A stretch of 64,000 nt of DNA from the NCBI GenBank assembly GCA_951406725.2, contig OX597822.1, positions 2,542,001 through 2,606,000 on the forward strand, written 5' to 3'. The position numbers were made by a program, and so were the translations under genes. The notes under the pieces were generated by a model that had not been told where the DNA came from, made no database searches, and was given only the letters and a program-made list of their open reading frames with translations. The stretch is from Octopus vulgaris. Its lineage: Eukaryota. Positions 57,965 to 64,000 of the stretch are shown piece after piece; positions within the stretch are counted from its first letter, which is position 1, and every line of letters starts with the position of its first letter.

Positions 57965-59134
57965 AACGTGAGGCACGCTTTCCCGCAGCTCGTCTCCATG
58001 ACCGAACTGCAGTCGTGGATCAAAAAGAGGCCGAAGAAGGGCGAATGGCACCGCGAGTGTCGCGTTGCTCTCAAGCAACTCTGCCGTCCTGGGTCGACCT
58101 TGAGTGACTTCAACACAACCAAAGCATTCTATAGGGGTTTAGTGGAGGGGAGGTACGACGACGAGCTGGGGCGAACCTGGACGTCGACGAGGAGTACCTG
58201 ACCCGCCTGTTCAGAACGACTTTCGGGCCTGGGCCCATGGACAACTTCCAGAGATCCCTGGCCTGGCAGTGCTACCGAGAAGCGCTACCCGTTCGGGATA
58301 AGCTCTACAGACACGGCTCGAGAAACACGGGGCCGACCTGCCCGAGATGCGGTCAGAGCGACGAAACCGTTCTGCACGCACTCGTGCAGTGTCCAACAAT
58401 TTCCGACCTGTGGGCTTGTGTCGAACAACTGCTGTCACGTGTGGGACGAGTCGGTTTATCAGCTGAGTCTATCGTTAATATTGTCACGCCTCCCTTCTTC
58501 AAACGGGAAGGAAGAGCTATTTTCATCATCCTTGTGGCTATGGCGAAATAATGTATCTGGTGGACGCGTCTGAAAGGATTGGAGACAAACACTTTCCTCT
58601 CTGGTCAATCTCTCATCAACTTCTTCAAGTACCACTTGAAAAGGAAAGTGAGAGTAGAGAGGCAAGTTTTGTCTAGCGAATGTTTTAAAAAAGATGGGTG
58701 AAGGTAGCAAGAATGGCACGTATGAATGACGAAGCCACCTTGAGCATGATCCTATGAACCCAGAAATTGAAAACAGAGAGTTGCTTATTTGCAAAAAAAA
58801 AAAAAAAAAGAAATATAACATGTGACTCCATTGACCGAGGTTACCGTGGTCTTCTCCGTAGGCTTTTCTTTCCACGGGTAAACCTCACCTGTCCTCCCCT
58901 TTACACTTCATATTGACATTTCTGTGATAACGATCCCTATTGATCAATTTTTTTTTCTTCCTCTCCCCCTTTTTTTAACCCCCTTTTTTTCTCCTCTTTC
59001 TCTCCTTTTACGATCCCTTTTGATCGAAACTCCCCCTTCCTTTTTTTTTTTTTTTTTTTAAACCTTCAAAAGAAAAGCTCTACCTTGTAATATGTTCTAT
59101 CTGTGTGCAGCCCTGTGTGGCTAATAAAGAAACA

Positions 59135-59136
<2 letters not shown>
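57965..59136 (+). mobile_element. 5'-truncated Tx1/L1-clade LINE (variant A)
   Basis: zf-RVT-like FQRSLAWQCYREALPV...CPRCGQSDETVLHALVQC with frameshifts and stops. T-rich 3' UTR, AATAAA, then (TCTA)n. Confidence 0.9.
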
Positions 59137-59168
<32 letters not shown>

Positions 59169-59174
59169 ACTAAC

Positions 59175-59627
59175 TTTTGTCTAGCGAATGTTCTAAAAAA
59201 AGATGGGTGAATGTAGCAAGGATGGCACGTAAGAATGACGAAGCCACCTTGAGCATGATCCTATGAATCCGGAAATTTAAAACAGAGGGTTACCTACTTC
59301 CAAACCAATGTGGTAACATGTAACAATATTGACCGAGGTTACCGAGATCTTTTCCGTAGGCTTTTCTTCCCACGGATAAACCTTATCTGCTTCCCCCTTT
59401 ACACCTTACATCATGACACTGTGATACACGATCCCTATTGATCGTTTTTTTTACTTCTTTTGTTTCTTTTCCTTTCTTTTCTTTTTTTTCCTTCTTCTTT
59501 CCCTTTTACGATTTTTTTTGATCGAAAACCTCCCCCACCATTTTTTTTCTTTCCCGAAAAAAGAAAATCTCTACATTGTAATCTGTCCCGTCTGTGTGCA
59601 GCCCTGTGTGGCTAATGAAGAAACATA
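59175..59627 (+). mobile_element. Tx1/L1-like LINE 3' end (variant B)
   Basis: Homologous to 58667-59136. Bounded by TCTA repeats. Confidence 0.9.
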
Positions 59628-59761
59628 TCTATCTATCTGTATATATATATATATATATATATTTTATATGTTTTAACCCTAAGGTTGTGGCTACGCTTGG
59701 GCATCGTCAGTGATATATATACATACATACATATGTATATATATATATATATATATATACA

Positions 59762-59864
<103 letters not shown>

Positions 59865-60925
59865 GGATACTTATACGACGGGAGAGATACATTGGTAGGA
59901 TAGATAGGTAAATAAGAAGTTCTTGACACCTTATGGAAAAAAAAATCGTTGATGAATGTGTTGCATTCTGCTGTAAATATCAGGTAATTTTCAAACGGTA
60001 AGAGACAAGCAACCACATTACGAAATAAACAATATACAGCACACAGATTAATAAATTTTATATACGAAAATTGATTAATTCTTATTGTAAAGCCACTATA
60101 AATTTCAATCTCTGAGACAATACCGAGCCATGACAACAGAGCAATCGTGACTCCAAACTTATTTCGTATTACCAGCTGCAATATCGTACAAAAACAGCCA
60201 AGACGTATAACCACTTCTAAATTAATAATTGAAAAACTTTTACAATATAACTAATTTCATTTTTTTTTCTTGCAATATTCTTTTATCTCCTTGTGGTGGC
60301 GCTGATACTGGAGGAGGTTTTCTTTTCTACAATTCCACCAGAAATCTTATCCAAACATCGATTCCAACGCAATTGTTCTTTTATGTCGGATTTAATTACA
60401 AGAGAAATGGTTTCATTTATTATCATTCCTAATCTTCTCTTTGAAATAAACCATGAATTATTCGCTTTACATTTTTTTTATATATGTGTATATATTTATT
60501 CCTATCTCAATTATTCATTCTTGTTACCTTCTCTTTTATATTTTGTTTTCTTATTTCCTTCTTTCTTTCCAAAATATTTCATTGTAGTCACATCTTCGTC
60601 TGTAAGTCTCTCGCATTCATTGTCTCCATTTTCTTCGGATAAACACAGACACACACACACACAAACACACATGCATCTGCACACTTTCAGATTATGTCCG
60701 TTTCTTACAAATATTTACCAAACTCTTGAGAGACAGTCTTCAGAGTTGCTACGTTTTAAAACATCTCAATCTTTCTTCACCTCTCTATCTGTCAAAAATG
60801 CACTCAATACATCTTTCTTTCTATCATCACCTCACACTTCACCTCCGTCATATCCTCTTCTCTCTCACACAGACTCACTCTCTCTAAGTCTCTGTCTGTC
60901 TGTCTTTAAGTACGTTTATGTATGC

Positions 60926-60989
<64 letters not shown>

Positions 60990-61446
60990 TATACATATAT
61001 ATATATATATGCATATACGTATGCACATATGTATATATGAATGTGTTCTTTATGTGTGTGTGTGTGTGTGTGTGTGTGTCTGTGTGTGTTTGTGCGTCTG
61101 TGTGTTTGTGCCCACCTCTGTCACGTCTATCACGCTGGCCTTTAAAGCTAACGATGCAGAACATATGACATTCCATAAGTTTGCAGTCTGGAATTTTAAG
61201 TCGTAGACAATTTCTGACAGACATATTGTTGTATTGTTGTCTCAGCTGAAATATACTGACATAATTATGCTACATACATGCACACACAAACATAACATAC
61301 ACTTACCACACACACACACACACATATACGTAAACATGCATATATGTGCATAGATGCATATCTGCATATATATATTTATACATATTAGTTTTCGTATATA
61401 TATAGATGTGTGTGTGTTTGTATATTTATAAATATATAAATGTATA

Positions 61447-61492
<46 letters not shown>

Positions 61493-61535
61493 AACAGACA
61501 TACACACATATGTATATTCATACATACATATATAC

Positions 61536-61576
<41 letters not shown>

Positions 61577-61585
61577 CATACATAC

Positions 61586-61631
<46 letters not shown>

Positions 61632-61734
61632 GTACAATTAACTCGCTGTTTCTCCATATATAATGTATAAATTTATATGTATATAACACTTATATGTATG
61701 CATATATGCATGCATACTTGCGATCATGCATACA

Positions 61735-61803
<69 letters not shown>

Positions 61804-61848
61804 GTCTGTCTACCTATCTATATATCTATCTATCTATCTATCTATCTA

Positions 61849-61907
<59 letters not shown>

Positions 61908-62759
61908 GCCACATGCGTGCATACATACATACACGCACACATAATACACACACATATGTGAAATTTTATCAGTTGAAAGTACAAGAGATATGCATATGCA
62001 CATATTCTTAGAGACACATGGATAAATACACACATGCATGTGCGAACACACACAAAGAGTGAAACACACACTCACACTCACAAATACACACACACAAACT
62101 ACCCGCACATGTATTTGTGTGTGTATGTGCGTGGGTCTGCATGTGGATGCCTGCTAGCATGTTTTGTGTTTGTGTGTGTATTTCTGTGTAGATTACGATG
62201 ACGTTCTTGGAAATTTTGAACGCCACAGACTGGAAAAAAAATTTACTTATCTCTTTTATACATTAGGAGACAGAGCAGACAGATTTACTATTTAAACAGA
62301 AACTTCCTTCATAGAAGCATCCACATAATGTCTTACAGTAAAAGTTTCTTATAATCTCGAAAGCAACTCGTATCTATTGATGTTTATATTTATCAAAAAT
62401 CTACTAAAACCGCCCTCGTTTGCTATATCCCCTTTACAGCGGCTAAATACATGCACCAGCGTACGTACGTATATGTATATACATATACGTATACATAGAT
62501 GCATATACATACATACATATATACATATGTACACACACTCACACATACGTGCACATATAGTATATATACATGCATATATACATATTCACACATGTATGCA
62601 TATATGCATACACGTATATCTATACATATATATGCTCAAAAATACATACATACACACACACAAGTATATGTATGTTTATATATATATATATGTGTTTGTA
62701 TAAACAGTGTGGAACTACATATATGCATACATAAGCGTATATATTATGTACGTACAGAA

Positions 62760-62808
<49 letters not shown>

Positions 62809-63304
62809 CATACATACATACATACATACATACTTACATATACACATATGTATATATATATGCATGCATATATACATATATATATATATGCATACATATA
62901 AGAATATATATATGTATATATATATACATACGTACATATACATGTATGTATGTGTGTGCTCGTTCGGGGGCACACGTGTGTGTTGCGTGTGTGCGCGGGC
63001 ATATACGAATTTCCAGTGCAGAAGCCATCTCTGATTTACATTTGTTTGCTTCTCTGTCTGTGTAAGTTTCTCTTTCTCTATTCTTTTTGTCACCCTCTCA
63101 TTTTTTCTATTCTTTCTCTCCCTTCCTCCTCCTCTCTCTCTGCTTTATCTCATTCTTTCTCTCTCGTTTCATTCTCTATGAGCATTTGTATAGAGGGAAG
63201 CGAAAGAATTCTCTTCATTGATGTAGAGATCTGTGCATAAAATTTGTGTAAGTAAGCATCTGAAGACATATATATATATATATATATACGTATATATACA
63301 TATA

Positions 63305-63715
63305 TACTCTTTACTCTTTTACTCTTTTACTTGTTTCAGTCATTTGACTGCGGCCATGCTGGAGCACCGCCTATTAGTCGAGCAGATCGACCCTGGGACT
63401 TATTCTTTGTAAGCCCAGTACTTATTCTATCAGTCTTTTTTGCCGGACCGCTAAGTGACGGGGACATAAACACACCAGCATCGGTTGTCAAGCAATGCTA
63501 GGGGACAAACACAGACACACAAACATATACACACATACATATATATATATATACATATATACGACAGGCTTCTTTCAGTTTCCGTCTACCAAATCCACTC
63601 ACAATGCATTGGTCGGCCCGGGGCTATAGCAGAAGACACTTGCCCAAGATGCCACGCAGTGGGACTGAACCCGGAACCATGTGGTTGGTAAGCAAGCTAC
63701 TTACCACAAGCCACT

Positions 63716-63718
<3 letters not shown>
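63305..63718 (-). mobile_element. SINE family 1, full length
   Basis: Complete head and tail, inserted in (TA)n. Confidence 0.92.
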
Positions 63719-63770
<52 letters not shown>

Positions 63771-64000
63771 GTTGTATGCTGTCAACTCAATGTGACAGTC
63801 CCCTAAAGGAACCACACCACCGCCACCTAGCCCTAGGAAACATCGACGACCCCCCGTCGGCCTCGACACATTCTCTGCCTCCTTATATTTGCAAAGGGGA
63901 GGCAATCACCCCAGCCAGCTGGGACTAAGCACCTGAAGAAATTCAGTGTTTCTAATATATATATACTTTATTTAAAAGCTGCAGAAATTCAACAAAAACG

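Noticed and set aside
60293-61168. 291-aa ORF
   Set aside because: Low-complexity pyrimidine-rich and microsatellite sequence with no recognisable domain.

Overview
AT-rich, repeat-saturated eukaryotic DNA that looks intergenic or intronic. The SINE families and the dense (TA)n, (TACA)n, (TAGA)n and (CA)n tracts suggest an octopus/cephalopod genome (inference). I found no intact host gene. Nearly all long ORFs in the track are microsatellite artefacts, and the real coding remnants are all transposon-derived. DNA elements: a near full-length mariner (55-1330), other mariner/maT remnants, a composite Helitron with a PIF1 helicase fragment, two Merlin-like MITEs with internal CCCTAA repeats, and a Tigger-like MITE. 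Retroelements: three tRNA-derived SINE families, a CR1/L2-like LINE 3' end sharing its tail with the main SINE, four Tx1/L1-like LINE ends abutting (TCTA)n, and Penelope-like (GIY-YIG) fragments. The most notable signal is about a dozen minimal hammerhead ribozyme motifs, canonical and variant-core, in at least 7 dissimilar short repeat contexts. Most sit in (TA)n tracts and often form inverted structures, consistent with a diverse population of Penelope-derived or retrozyme-like elements. All folds and alignments were done by eye.
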